Assembly (NCBI GenBank): GCA_012295275.1
Contig: CM022671.1
Location: 35,340,001 to 35,404,000, forward strand
Source: Chrysomallon squamiferum
Taxonomy: Eukaryota > Animalia > Mollusca
DNA: 64,000 nucleotides
Reading direction: 5' to 3'
The notes under the pieces are model-generated. The model saw only the letters and a list, made by a program, of their open reading frames with translations. It had not been told where the DNA came from and did no database searches. The position numbers and the translations under genes are program-made. Below, piece after piece: positions 29,250 to 44,100 of this stretch. How positions within the stretch are numbered: the stretch's first letter is position 1; each line of letters begins with the position of its first letter.

Positions 29250-29939
29250 AAGATTTGGATATAGATATATATTATATGTGGTGTATATATATATATATAT
29301 ATACTCTGTATGTTATATATGTAGTGTACAAGTGTGTGTGATATTAATATGAGCAGTGTACACATGTTGGTATGAGTATACACTGTGTGTCTGTCTAATA
29401 CGTATGCTTTAAGACAAATAAACAATACAATTTACCAAAGTGGATGTAAAAACAAAGAAACAGTTTCTGAATCTTTGTGTTCCAGGCAAAGTTTTAATTC
29501 ATTTCCACTTTTATAAAACAGCAGCTTCCTTCTTTTTTCTGTTCCCAGTGTTTCTTCTTCTTTTTTTTTTTTTTTATCTTCTTCTTTTTACCAGCTCCTT
29601 CTTCCTGACATTGTGTTCATAACAAAACAGGATTAATCAAAAACAGTTTTCATGAAAACTTATAATTTCATCTCTACAAAGAAGATGAAAGTAAAATTTA
29701 ATTTCACCAAATTGAGAATTGGCATAAATAACATTTGTAAAGGTCAACGATGGAAAATTGAATTTCTTTGATTTATTGTTTTGCTGCATGCTGCTTAGGC
29801 ATTTGTTAACTGTGAGTCATTTTCACCTGTATCTGGGATGAATTTATTTTTCTTCTCAACATTCTTTGTCCTTGATAAAAGGTTGAAATGAAGATCTGAC
29901 TGTTGTTAATGTTGTTTCCCACCTTCTCAGATCTAGAAG

Positions 29940-30395
29940 AGATGTTCATACTAAGCAACTTGTTAAACCATCTTTTAACACATTTACTAAAGAGGTGAAT
30001 TCTAAGCAGTATTCATACAAAGCAGCTTACTAAACCAACTTTTTACACATATCATGTTTATTAAATAAACAAATCTTAAGCAAAATTCACACAAAGCAAC
30101 TTATCAAACCAACTTTTAACACATGCTATTAAAGAGATAAGTTTTAGGCAGCATTCACAACAAAGCAGTTTGTTAAACCAACTTTTGAAATATTACTGAG
30201 AAGGGTCTTCGGCACCATTCATGCAAATCAACTTTCTAGATGGATCATCTTATCAAGAAGATTGATCTAAGGCAGCATTTCACACTCTGTAATTTGTCAA
30301 ACCAACTTGTAGCTTTTATTGAATAATTTCGTGAAAGCATCTAAGTGGGAAGATCAATTTAAAGCATCGTTCACTCTAAATCAGTTTTTAGAAGA
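29940..30395. repeat. Degenerate 65-75-bp minisatellite, about 7 copies
   Basis: Recurring ATTCAyACAAAGCArCTTrTyAAACCAACTTTT core. Confidence 0.8.
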
Positions 30396-31350
30396 TGATC
30401 AGAAAAACTGAAATTTTAGTTACAAAGTATATAGCCACTTTCTCACTGGGCAATTTTCGGTAACAACCTGAGACATCAAAGTATACTAGATTCCTAACAA
30501 CTTATTGTTAACCATTCTCTTAAATGTTGTAATATCAGCTTGTTATGTAATAATTAAATTATATTTTCCTTTCACAAAATTACTGCTTCATCCAGTCAGT
30601 GTACAGGAAATTATGAGACAAGAGTTCTGTCCCTTTGTATTTTATGTTTTGTTTTGTGGGTACATCTTCACATCTCAGAGTTGAATAAGAATGTTATAAC
30701 TGTTTAAATTCAGAACATTTTAACTGTTCAAATTCAGAACATTTGAGCAACTTGAGAAGTATGTCAAGAAAGCACTGGCATTTCTTACCACCATCAATTT
30801 TTGGTTTCCTTTTTACTTCATTTAACATTTTTCTTCATGGGTTTTTGGTTACTGACGTTAACATACTAACATTTTTATCACAGAATCCACCAAGAGAAGA
30901 ATTTTATCATGTAAATCATTTATGATTTATAGATATCTAGGATTTCAATATATTTAGATTTTTGTAAGCACTGTTAATTGCATACTAAATAATGTTACTA
31001 CAAGTTGCACAGTGAGATTGCAGCTTTAGTAGAAACTGTGTCAGAGAATTTGTAAAAACATTTTGCAGTCAGTCAATGACAACTGAGAGGTTTTTCTTTG
31101 ATAAAACCTGCCAGAATACAACAGTTTGACTAAAGAACATCACATCTGTTATGTTTCTACTTCTTTCTTTTCTTTTTCTTTTTTCTCTCACTCCCACCAC
31201 TGCTAAAGATAGTTGATAGTAGAGTTGTAATAGGTGAACTGTTAATGAATAATAATAATAATAAAGACAATGATGACAACAGTAACAATAATAACAACAA
31301 AACTGTATAAAGATATCAACAACAAAAATAATAAAAACAACAACTGCTGC

Positions 31351-31382
<32 letters not shown>

Positions 31383-31508
31383 TAATAGTAATGATGATGA
31401 TGATAATAATAATAATGATAATGATGATAATAATAATGATGATGATAATAATAATAATGAAATGTTATAAACATTACATTTATAACATACTTAATTATCA
31501 AATACAAC

Positions 31509-31755
31509 CACACACACACACACACTCACAGACACACACTCACACACACTCAGACACACACTCACAGATGCACACACACACTCACAGACACACACTCACA
31601 GACACACACACACACACACTCAGACACACACTCACAGATGCACACACACACACACACACACACACTCACAGATGCACACACACTCACACACACACACACA
31701 CACTCACAGATGCACTCACACACACAAACACACACACACACACACACACACACAT
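31509..31755. repeat. Compound (CA)n microsatellite with CTCACAGA(TG) interruptions, preceded by (AAT/GAT)n at about 31350-31460
   Basis: Direct inspection. Confidence 0.95.
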
Positions 31756-33884
31756 CTAACTATAAACATTTTGAAGTCTACACTCACACAATCATTTCTC
31801 TACATCTTACTTTACTTTTCTATTTCTTTTATTTTTTATATATATTTTTTATTTTTTATTATTTTTATTATTATTTTGTTTATGTTATAATTTGATTTTC
31901 TCTGTGATGTATCTCCACCTACATGTTATGACAGAACAGCCAGTGCTAATGTACACTCTCATCCAGACTGATGCTAACTGTCCCTGGCTCTCTCCTGGCT
32001 TAGATCAAACACAGTGAAGCTGTAACCATTCTCAGAATGACTTTAGGCCCATAACTGCACAGAAAAGGTCAGGCTAAATCTTTTATATAAAAGAAAGAAA
32101 AGAAAAAGAAAAAAAAAAATCATTTTATTCAGTCAATGGCAAAGATGATGGAATAACTTGAGACGTTTTTCTTTTCTATTTCAGTGTCGAATTATCTGCT
32201 TTTAAAAGATTGTCTCAGTATTTGATATCTTGTAATGTTTTAGCAAGTCTTAAGTTCACATTTATGTGTCACATGTTATTTATTTTTTTATATTTTTTAG
32301 AAAAATAATGTGATTGACAATTTGTTGTTTAGTAGATTCGCGGTATGTGCTGTTCAACAGAATAGAATTCATTGACTGTCGTTTTGATTTAATTTTATTT
32401 TTCTTTGTTATTTTGTTTCTAATTTTTAAAACTTTTGTTATTTATTTTTATTTATTATTTTATGTTTAGTATTAATATTTTTTTAATTATTGTGTTTGTT
32501 GTTATTATTACCGTCATTACCATTAATATTTTATATGTATTTGTTTTATTTCTATATTTTTCATTTATTTACCTTATTTCTTTATTTTTTAAACATTTTT
32601 TATTTTGATGTAAAAGTATATAGTGCAAGTATTGTCAGGTATCTTAACTTATTAATTAATTATAATTAACAGAAAATATTATAAATTTTATAGGATAATG
32701 ATTATTATTATTATTATATTCTAATATTTTTGAATATTAGTTTAGTTGTTTGTTAAAGAAATACCAGTTTAGAGAACTGTTCTAAAAATGTTAACCTTTC
32801 TTTTATAAACATAGAAATAATATGCAGATATCTTTAAATGTTCATCATTTACATAATGTTTATTTTATTCAAAGGGCCCATGATTATGTACTTTAACCCT
32901 TATCAGCCATAGATTAGAATCAAATGCTAGTATTACATATTAATATATATGTGCCCTATTTAATTAAAGAGATATCCTATGTAAGCATTATTTCATGTCA
33001 TCAGATATCTTACAGTTTCACCTTTGAGGGAAAATCCAATTTGTCCAGGATAATGTACTTGAACCCTGGTTAGATACTGCTACAGAAATAGATTGAAATG
33101 AATTCCAAAGAAGAGGAGATTACTAATTCTAGTTTAATCATTTCTGAAGTATTTAAATATTCATTGGCCGTAGGAGTATCTACTCTTTGTCCACGATGAT
33201 CTACTTTAACCTTGCTTCACTGAAAACAAACTGTTGAACTGAACAGATGCTGGTTAATCCAAACTTAATGTATTCTTTAAATATTCATTATTAGCATTAG
33301 GTGTATCTCATTCCAAAGAGATTTAAAAAAAGAAACAAGAAAACAAAACAAAAAAAAAAAAAAAAAAAAGAAAGAAAAAAATACCCAAAGAAAAAAAATA
33401 AAAGAAACAAAGAAAAAGAGAAGAAAGAAAGGAAAAAACAGACAAGATCTAATTGTATTTAAAGGAAAAAAAAATTAAAAAGTTAAAAAGAAAAAAGAAA
33501 AAAGCTGTGAAGATGTATGTATCTGAAAAAAGAAAAAGAAAGAAAACATAAAACAAAAAAACCAACAGTTTTTATTGTCTGTTTCATTGACAGTCTTCAC
33601 ATTACGTTTTTGATTTGTGTGACTCCACTGATTAGCTGAGAGTGTGGACACACTTACATACAGACAAACATTACACACATGACTGGAGTCTGATTAGAGA
33701 GCTGTTCAGTGATCAGTCCATTTGTTCTGTCACACAGTATTAGTGACTGCAGTCACTTGATAGTGAGTGACAGCTTACTCATCACTCTGTCTGATTTTTT
33801 TACATCTACAGCTGATTTGTCTGTCTATCTGTCATTCATACATACACATACATATATCTGCCATATAGCTAGAATTTTGAGTAT

Positions 33885-33970
33885 ATATTATTGTTGTTGT
33901 TATTGCTATTATTATGACGATTATTATTATTATTATTATTATTGCTTTTGTTGTTATTGCTATTATTATG

Positions 33971-34041
<71 letters not shown>

Positions 34042-34045
34042 CACT
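33885..34045. repeat. (TAT)n trinucleotide microsatellite; similar tracts at about 37070-37180, 37590-37640, 45270-45450, 50330-50500 and 58050-58320
   Basis: Direct inspection. These tracts explain the poly-I/Y/L/N ORFs in the track. Confidence 0.95.
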
Positions 34046-34884
34046 GCTGTTATTATTTTTATTGTTCATATAGTTATTTTCTTACTTTTTAATGGAAAAA
34101 GGGAACAAAATATCGGTCTCAAACAGATTTTTTTTTTTTTTTTTCTTTGTATTTATTTATTTATTTATATTTTTTTATTGTACCTTCACCATATACCTAC
34201 AACAACCAAAGATGTAAAACTGACCAGTAAAAACCTCTAGCAACACTGTCAAACAAAACAAAAAAAGACTGAAAACATTTTGTGCTAAAATACATTTTAC
34301 AGCATCTATGAAAAGGTCACGGAGAGATTAAAAAAAACCAGAACGTGCAGTAAAAGTGATTGTGTTTTGAACACAAGGTCATTATTGTTATTATTCTTCT
34401 TCGGCTCGCTTTCTGCCTGGACAAGATGCTTGCGGACGTCTGGTTTATGGCTTCTCCTTGGTGTACCAAATGTGCCGTTTGTCTCTGATAAACACCCAGA
34501 CTCTGTTCTGCAGTGCTGCAGCGTTTGTCTTTCACAGGACAAAAAATTAATTTACTTTCAAGCAGCTGTCCGTATAAACTTGCTACTACTTCTGATAAAT
34601 GATGATGGTTTGTCGAGGAAACTTGCAGCTTCAGCAGATATGAATTGTAAAAAAAGAAAAATGGGGAAAAAAAAAATAAATAAAAAGAAACAAAAGTCAA
34701 AAATAGTTTTCAAAGAGTTACTGTTATGAGGGAAGTCATAGGAGGGGGGATTTTGAAGAAGAAAATTAAAACTTGTTTGTAAATTGTACGAGTGGTAATG
34801 ATTAAATTAATTAATGGAAGAATGAATATTGGGTATATATTTAAAATAAATAAATAAATATAATAATAATAATAATATAATTTT

Positions 34885-34965
34885 CATACAGAGATGCTGT
34901 GAGAAAAGAAATCTAGCACACAATGGGTTACTCCCACAGCAAGGGATCTTTTATTTACACTACCT
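34885..34965 (-). mobile_element. Probable SINE body fragment; a further decayed copy on + at about 11145-11330
   Basis: ATGGGTTACTCCCACAGCAAGGGATCTTTTATTTACAC is similar to the AGCAGGAAGGATTCTTTTATATATG segment at 48658. Confidence 0.4.
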
Positions 34966-35445
34966 ATGTAAAAGTGTCCTTCGTGACATTCTGACTGGCA
35001 ATCGGGGGTACTGACCCATGTGGGAAATAATGACTATTGACAGCAAAGACAAAGGCCTGGGGAGACTGTGAAATGAAGTAATTATTTATATCTGTTCATG
35101 TCTCAAATTGGTCATCTCTTCTGCTTAATACCCTATATTCTTCAATTACCTCTTATATGTACCTCCTATCTTATATCAGTGATATATCACCATGTTTTAA
35201 AATACTCGTATTCCACACTGTTGTCATATGACCTGTATTACATAAAAGTTTACAAAAAATGTTTATTTGCATCTAAATTTCCATCACAGATAATTCTTCA
35301 CTCTGTTAAATATTTTCACATAACTTCAGATGTAGTTGTATAAAGATATAAATTAATTTTTATAGTGCAGTATAAAAACTGAGTATGTGCCTTGTATCAT
35401 AAAAATGTACAAAAATATATCATGGTTGTCAATTTTATTTCTACA

Positions 35446-35487
<42 letters not shown>

Positions 35488-36299
35488 TCAACAACAACAA
35501 TAGCAATAGCAAAAACAACAATAACAACAACAGCAATAATAATAACAACAAATAAATTCTAACTACATGACAAATATATATGTAAGTGTGTGTGTGTCTA
35601 TATGAGCTCAAAAAATAAAAATTAAATTTTTAAATTAACACTGGCGTGTATCTGTATTTTATTTCTGCACATAAACAACATGCACAGCTAAATTTATCAG
35701 TTGATATTTCAAACATAAAAACGTCAGTCAATTCATTATTACTTTTGTATTCCTCCATTTTCAAAAAAGATTTTTTTTTTATTGTTCTGTCACTGCTGAG
35801 TCATCACATTATTACTATCATTGCATCCACCCCCTGCAGCATCTTCCTTTATTATTTATGTCTCTCGCAGTTTTCTCTTCATCACAGCCAGGCTGAATTT
35901 TCAGATTACTGGCGAAAAAAAAGAACAAGAAAAACCATTTTTAAAAACTGTTAAAAAAAAAGATCAAATGCAACTACACATGATAACATTTACACATACA
36001 CTCAAACTCAGTACTTACACACATACTCACACATGCACACACAAACAAAAACACATGAACACACATAAAGTAACACATATACAAACACAAAATTTTACAC
36101 ATTAAATCACCATAATTTTTAACATACACACTAAGATACAAATACAATAACACAAACTAACAACAACTCTTAAACACAGAAAATAAAACAACATTCACAC
36201 AAACAGTTAAAAAGAAAAACCCACTTAACACAACAACTCTATCTGTATTAAAAAAACCCTCTAAAACAAGTTGATGACATCTGCTAACAAGAAGTAATC

Positions 36300-36575
36300 G
36301 GACCAGGATAATTAAACAATAAAAAAAAACTCTGACACCGGCATCAGCCACACCAGACAACCATAAGCAGCTACCTCTTCACTGCCTGCCAGTCGTGACA
36401 GCGTGGCACTCGGAAATCCCGTCATCGCTGCTATACACAGCAGTTGCAGTGTTCTCGTGTGACGACGCTGGTTTGTGGCGGTGAGAGCACTCGACGTTGT
36501 GCAGTCGAAGGAATACGACCGTTGTCAATGTTGTAGCAACTGATCCCTTGTGATTTGGTTTAAAGGTGTCGCTTT
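36300..36575. promoter_or_regulatory. CpG-rich island, candidate internal promoter, non-coding first exon or enhancer
   Basis: One of the densest CpG clusters in the 29-kb intron. Contains donor-like GCG|gtgaga at 36480/36481 and is followed by a (CT)n tract. Confidence 0.45.
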
Positions 36576-37138
36576 AGAAGCCAGTGTTTCTTTCTCTCTC
36601 TCTCTCTCTCTCTGTGCTAATCATTTCTAGTGTTTATAGGGTTTTTTTCAATAGTGTGCTCTGCAGTCTTAGTATGCTATTCAGTTCTGTACTGTTCTAG
36701 TGTTGTATACAGTTCTATAAAGTTCTACAGGATTATAGAGTGTATAGTACAGGATTGCTTTTCAAGGATTAAAACTTTATGGATTACCTGGTTCATGTTC
36801 CACTGGGGTTTTTTTTTAAATTGGAGGTGTTAATTAATGATATTTCAGTTTGTTTTAAAGCAGTTTGCTTCTGTAAGGTTTTTATTTTTTATTACTGTTA
36901 TTGTTGTTATTGTTTATTTCAGTTTGTTACATTATGTACTCTTTCTCTCATTCTTTCTTTTTCATTCTTTCTCTCTGAAAGCGATATGTATATATATAAA
37001 CACACATGTATCTCTTTTATTATTGTGAAAAGGTGTCAAATTCTATTATAATTTTTGTTAATGTTAGTTATTACTATTATTATTATTATTAACATTATTA
37101 TTTTTAATATTATTATTAATATTACAATTATTATTACA

Positions 37139-37182
<44 letters not shown>

Positions 37183-37593
37183 CAATTGCACTTAATGATT
37201 GCCTCTGTTTTAAAGTTACTGTTGCATGTTTTTGTCAGCTATCAGTTTTACTGTACAGTCTACACTGTGTGTAGTATCATATTGATTAGCTGGGTGTGTG
37301 TTATTGTACGTATTGTATGTGAAGTGTTTAGACAAACTGAAAATAAATATAGAAATCTCTTAATATTTAATGTGATTATGGATATTATATGATTAGGGAC
37401 TTTTTCTTGTTTTTCTTTTGTCATGTCTTTATTTTATTATACTTTGTATTATTGTTACTGTTAATAGCTGTTGTTGTTATCATCATTATCATTATTGTTA
37501 CTTTCATTATTACTACTACTACCACCACCACTATTATTACTACTATTTTTGATTATTATTATTGTTGTTGTTGTTTTGTTATTGTTATTATTA

Positions 37594-37640
<47 letters not shown>

Positions 37641-39884
37641 TTTATTCTATAAATCAATTTTATTTTTTGTTAGTTATAATTAATTTTTATCATTTTTATG
37701 AATGAAAACCTATTTATTATTATTTTCCCACTCCTAAAAAATAAAAATAATAATAAATAAATATATAAGTAAATAATCAATCCTAAATAAAATATCTATC
37801 ATCACTTTTTGATTTAACAGACAAACATTACAAACTGAAATAGAATTAGTATTTTTATTGAAAAGTTTTCTTATGTTTTCAATTTTAATGCTATTTTTGT
37901 CATATGTCTACAAATCAATACTGAACACTGTGTTTTAGTCTTAAAAGGTCAACATTTGCAGATAATAATAATTTTCTTTTTGAATGGGCGTTTTGGTGTA
38001 GAAATTCATTTTACTCACTCACCTGACTAACCTAATGAATATTTTTGTCGCTAAACAAAAAGATTAGCCAATGCATTGGTGACTTTGTTCCATCAGTCAT
38101 GTGATCATAAAAAAGAAAGGAGATTAAAAAAACAAAAAAACAAACAAATATTTTGACTCCATAAACAACTGTTCATAACAAAACACAGAGAGGTGTAGAA
38201 AGTTTTGTTCATTCATTCACACATTCAGACTGACAAAGACACTTTGAGTGTCTCTGACTGGGCGTGGAGCAGTCAGTTCTGTGTGTGTGATGACAGTCTA
38301 ATTATTTTTACCAATCACGTCTTTAAATCCTCTCGTAATTGTCTGTCTATGCCGTCCCCTTTCTTCCAAATGTGTCTCTGAAAATAGCAGCTAGGACAGA
38401 TCCAGTCCAGTCTGGGGGTTAAAAGAAAAAATTTGTAAATTTTCATTTTTTTTTATTTATTTATTTTGAACAATAAAATTACTGCCAACTGTTTTTTTTT
38501 TAAAAATTTTAAGGATTTATGAAGAGGTTTTCAATGACAGATTTGTTAAAAAAAATTCGATAATGTTACAATACATTAAATAGAATTATAATTTTTTTTG
38601 TAAAAGATTACTGTTGTTGTTGTTGTTTTTGTTGTTATTGTTGTAGTTATTATTGTAAATTGTTGTTGTTTGTTTTTTGTTGTTACTGTTAATAGTTGTT
38701 ATTACTGTTGTTAAAACTAATCATTTTTATTTATCTCCTTTAGTACTTTCGCTTCTTGTTTGAGTCATTTTATCATTTTTATTATTTTATATTTCTTATT
38801 TTATTACTATTTATATTTATTTATTTTCTTTCATTTTTCTTATTTTTTATTAATTTATTAATCTATTTTTTATTATTATTTGACATGTAATAAAACATTT
38901 CCAAATATTTGTTCATTTTACTATTTTACTCTTATCACAATGATATATATTATTTAAGTTTTTATTTTTATTTTTTTTATATATATAAACATTATTAATT
39001 GATTTTTTTTTTTTTTTTTCATATTTTCCTCTATTCCACAATTTTATTTAAGCTATTAATTGTTCCAGCTTTGATTACTATTATTAATCTTGTCTTATTA
39101 TTTATTAATATATTTTTTTTTTTTTCACCATATTTTCCTTCAGTTTTGGCTGTTAATTTATTTTTTGTCAATATTTTTGTCAATATTTTATTTGTATTAA
39201 TTTATTTAAGAGAATTATTAATGTAAATTATTTTCATCCACATTTATAGACTAGCAAGCAGTTTTTGTCAGCAATTATTACTATTATTTTTTTTGTTTGC
39301 TATTATTATTATTATTATTATTATTATTTCCTTTCATTTTTCTCCATTTTTTCCCCTTTGCTATTATTTTATTCATATTGTCTGTTTATTTCACTTTTTT
39401 CCCATCAATCGAAAAATGTTCATTTACTTTTATTTATTTTATTTTTATCAACAATTTACTGGAGGTTTTTTTTTTTTTTTTTTTTTTATTATTTTTATTA
39501 TCTCCTTTGTAATTTCCTTCAAACAATGATCATTCTGTTGTCACATTTCTATTGTTATTATTTTAGTAATTTTGTAATTTGTGAGTTGTTATATAAAACA
39601 TCAGCTTACATGACTAATTGCTGTCAGCACCATTCTCTATTCACACACACACACACAAGTCTGAGAGTGAAAACAGCACTTTTCTTCTTTGTACAAAACC
39701 ACACACAGCTGAATGGTCATGTGTAACAGTGCAGTGAGTCTTTTCTCCACCAGATTATAAAACAGTTTATCTGCTAACAGTGCTCAACTCATTAAACTAA
39801 TGCTCCTTGATTAGTTTTGTGGCCACGGTGTTTGCCTCCTGACTGCTTCTCAATCCAGTTTGTTGTCCTGTTGACATCAGCAGA

Positions 39885-40255
39885 GTTGTTAACATAGTGT
39901 AACATAATTATATTACAAACTGGTACATATAAATTGTTTAACACAGTGTAACGTAATTATAAATTGGTACAGTTAAAATTGTTTAACACAGTGTAACGTA
40001 ATTACAAATTGGTACAGTTAAAATTGTTTAACACAGTGTAATGTAATTATAAATTGGTACATTTAAATTGTTTAACATTGTGTAACTTAATTATAAATTT
40101 GGTACATATAAACTGTTTAACATAGTTTAACTTAATTATAAATGGGTACAGTTAAAATTGTTTAACATAGTAGAACTTAATTATGAATTGGTACATATAA
40201 ATTGTTTAATTTTATATAAAATACTTTTACTATAAATTGGTACATTTAAAGTTTA
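39885..40255. repeat. 45-bp minisatellite (AAATTGGTACAGTTAAAATTGTTTAACACAGTGTAACGTAATTAy), about 8 copies
   Basis: AAATTGGTAC occurs at 39961, 40006, 40051 and onward. Confidence 0.92.
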
Positions 40256-40460
40256 ATCCCCTTATTAACTATAAAACTACTCAGATGCAACTGTAAAAAG
40301 AAAGAAAACCATAAAAAAAAAATTTTAAAAAAAGAAAAAAGAAAGAAGAATCAAAATTTAAAACTGCCACTAACCTGGAAATAGAATGTGTAAAAATAAA
40401 TCATAAAAAATTGAAGTTGTGTATAATAAGAGGCTAAACAAAAACATGACAAATAGTTTT

Positions 40461-41148
40461 ATAACATGGTATTGTCATCTTGTAACACAGCATTGTCATT
40501 CTGTAACATTGTATTGTCATTTTGTAACACAGTATTCTCATTCTGTAACATGGTATTGTCATTTTGTAACACAGTATTGTCATTCTGTAACACGGTATTG
40601 TCATTCTGTAACATGGTATTGTCATCTTGTAACACAGCATTGTCATTCTGTAACATTGTATTGTCATTTTGTAACACAGTATTCTCATTCTGTAACATGG
40701 TATTGTCATTTTGTAACACAGTATTGTCATTCTGTAACACGGTATTGTCATTCTGTAACATGGTATTGTCATCTTGTAACACAGTATTGTCATCTTGTAA
40801 CACAGTATTGTCATTCTGTAACATGGTATTGTCATCTTGTAACACAGTTTTGTCATCTTGTAACATGGTATTGTCATCTTGTAACACAGTATTCTCATTC
40901 TGTAACACAGTATTGTCATTCTGTACATTGTATTGTCATTTTGTAACACAGTATTGTCATTCTGTAACATTGTATTGTCATTTTGTAACATAGTATTGTC
41001 ATTCTGTAACATGGTATTGTCATTTTGTAACACAGTATTGTCATTTTGTAACACAGTATTGTCATTCTGTAACATGGTATTGTCATTTTGTAACACAGTA
41101 TATCATTTTGTAACACAGTATTGTCATTCTGTAACATGGTATTGTCAT
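40461..41148. repeat. 21-bp minisatellite (GTAACACAGTATTGTCATTyT)n with a 147-bp higher-order repeat
   Basis: About 33 units. The variant order of units 1-7 recurs in units 8-14. Confidence 0.97.
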
Positions 41149-44100
41149 GTAGTCAGCACAAGCCTGTTTGCTGTGTATGGATTGAGAGGTCATTGATTAG
41201 CTGGATGAGAAACAAATGTTTATTTATTGAACACAAACACACTGGACAAACGAGAGCATCCTTGTTAAACATAGAACTGGATCTGTTAACAGTTCCTCGA
41301 CATTGTAGTTCAAAATTCATTGTTTTAGAACCTGGCCTCAGAGCTAATGGATTGCAGGATCTCTTCTACATACACAGCTTTCACAGGACTTTTTTTTTTT
41401 ATTCTAGTCATAGAATCATAACTCTTTGGTATGTGCCTCCCTGTATAGCAGAAGGTGCAGATAAATTATATTTTGTTTCTACTGAAAGTTTTTATATATA
41501 TATGTATGTCTAATCTCCAGTTCTGTTTGACAAATGGACAAACAGACAGACACACAGTCATTATATTAATACATATATATCTGAGTGTGTGTGTGTATTT
41601 CAGGTTTTTTATTACATACATACACCCCCACCCACACATCATCTCTGTGTGTGTGAAACAGATCATTATACTGAAACTAATCATCCTACACAGAAGGTGT
41701 ACATCTGAAAATATTTTCAGTTTGAATAAGAAAAAATTGCACTGTTATTTAATAATTTGTCTTCTTCACTTAGCTGTCATATTTTGTATTAGCTAGATCT
41801 GAATGACTCTCATCATGCCACATCTGAACTGGATTGCCTCCTGTTGTTCTGAAATAGCCAAACTTAATAACACATGTAAACTTGGATACTCAAAACTAAT
41901 GCAGCGTTCATATGACATAACTTCGCGAAACCTATCATTTCAGAGTCAGTACAGTCTTCAGTTTGATACAGAAATAAAATCGGTGAACTGAGAACTATGA
42001 TGTCTTAAAGACAGATTTAAAACACTCGCTTTTATTTATTGTTTCTGCAGAATGAGAGTTTTACGAGGGGTTTCTTTTTTAATTTTAATGATTACTGTTT
42101 GGTGTGTAACGTAAACGTGCTTTAAATGATGCTCTGATGCCACATCAGACAGCTAATGCATGCTAACTATCATTTGAGATTTTGTCAAGTAAATTTAACT
42201 GTTAAAATTGCCTGAAGAGATTCTGAAAAAAAATGTTTTAAAAAAATTTCAATTTTGTACTTCAGCTATCAGGAAATTGCATTTAGAAACTGTAATTTAA
42301 TTTTGATGATTCGTTCCTCAAACCACATGAAAAAAAGTCTCCAATATTCAACACACTGCTTGAGTTTTTGCTAACAGATAACTGTTAATAGTTAGAACTA
42401 TGTGTTTTATTGTAATCAGCTCTGGGTTTTTTTGGGTTAATTTTATCTGCTTTTGATTGAAATCACTTCAGATAAAGGAAGGAGCATAATGTGATGATTG
42501 GGGATTGAATGATGATTCTTTTGTGATCATGTACAGATTATAAGTGTTACCTGTGTGAACTGATGTGTGGGTAGGGAGGTAGAGAATAGGTGTGGCTGTT
42601 TGAGTGTGTGTGTGTATGGGTATCTGTATATGTGTTGTAACTATAAAGTTTATAAAATAATCTAGTCTAACTTTAAACCATGTATCCATACTTACTGAGT
42701 CTCCCCCCAACCCAGTTTCTGTGTGGCCAAACCAGTCTTGTGTAGAGTTTGTTTCTACTAACATTTAAACTTTCATCAAACAACAAAGCACTGATTGAAA
42801 GTTATGTCACAAACAGCATGTTTTTATTCAACACGTCTTCATAACTGGTATAATACGAGGCAAGCCAAGAGAGTTGAGAAGAATTTCAATAAAAAAAATA
42901 ATTCTTCTACTTCAAAAGAAAGAAAAATATTAAAATAACCAAAAAAAAAAAAAAAAAAAAAAAATTATATTGCAGATGGTGCTCTTTAGAAAGTTTCTGG
43001 TTTTTTTTCTGTACCACTGAGCACATGGTGCTCCGCAGACTGATTAAGTTATTATTATTATGTTTCTGCATCAAAGTGTTTCAAGAAGTTTCACACAAAA
43101 ATCATTTTACACTGTGTGGCTCTTGATTATCTGCCAGCATCGTCAGCGGTGACTTCGTGACTTTGTGCTGTGTGGCAGTCCTCTTGCAGACAAACTCGAA
43201 GGTCACCATCTGTTCAAGTCACACACCAGATGAAACATTTGTTCCTTTCCTCAGACTTGCAAACGCAACAGCAAAGAATTAACGTTTTTTTTTTTTCCTT
43301 GATGAAAGTATTTCTATTTTCTGTTTTCACTCCACATGAAAGAACCCCTGTTTCCTTATTCCATGAATAAATGCAGAAAATTGACTGATATTATTGGAAT
43401 ATTGGAAAGAGAATTGATGTACACATGCTGTGATGTAACTGAATGGTGAATAACCAGGTGTTATTGTTACTTGTGCACAAAAGGTGCAGATACAAATGTT
43501 ATGCAATGAGCAAGGGTGAAATACGACAAGCATACAAAGAATGTTTATAAAATTACAAAAAAATGATTACAGATAGATTTAATTCTGTTACATGTCAGTT
43601 TATGTTCAGTGTTAATTCTGTATTAACTCAGCTTTTTTTATTTATATGTAAGCAAAAGATTTGCCCGTAATATATATTTATATATTTCTCAACAAATTTC
43701 ATATGTTCTCTTTATGAGCTTAACAAAATCTGGTTGGGAAAAAAACAGATGTTGTTTATATTTGGATATAAAGTTTTTGAATTTGGGAATAAGTGATTTC
43801 TTCAGAGACTGGTCAGAAACTGAGTGTTTACACAGTGGGCATAACATTAATATTGACTCACTGAGCCAAAACTGTGTTTACAAACTGGCATACACTGAAT
43901 GTTTACATATTTCAGCATGATCCAGGTGTTTTGGGATTTTAATTAGCCAAGGAAATTAACACACTCGGCTGGTACAAAATGAAGATTTCTGATTAACATG
44001 CTTTGCAGTGTTAAAGATCAAACTTAGCTGGATTAGATTTGTGTATTAATCAGAGGTTTTCATGTTGTTATGTTGCACAAAAATATAATTACAAAAATAT

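Noticed and set aside
34306-34729. Overlapping 78-127 aa ORFs on both strands in a GC-richer patch, as a nested gene
   Set aside because: No recognisable domain, no convincing splice-site pair, and low-complexity ends. It may be regulatory, but coding is unsupported.
39885-41148. Regularly spaced repeats resembling a CRISPR array
   Set aside because: The units are head-to-tail with no unique spacers, there are no cas genes, and the context is a eukaryotic intron.
40419-41196. Long ORFs on both strands with heptad repeats (VTQYCHS, LQNDNTV, VLSFCNT) resembling metal-binding or antifreeze-type proteins
   Set aside because: These are translations of a 21-bp minisatellite that is open in several frames on both strands. 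There are no splice signals or codon-position bias, and a frameshifting deletion lies within the array.
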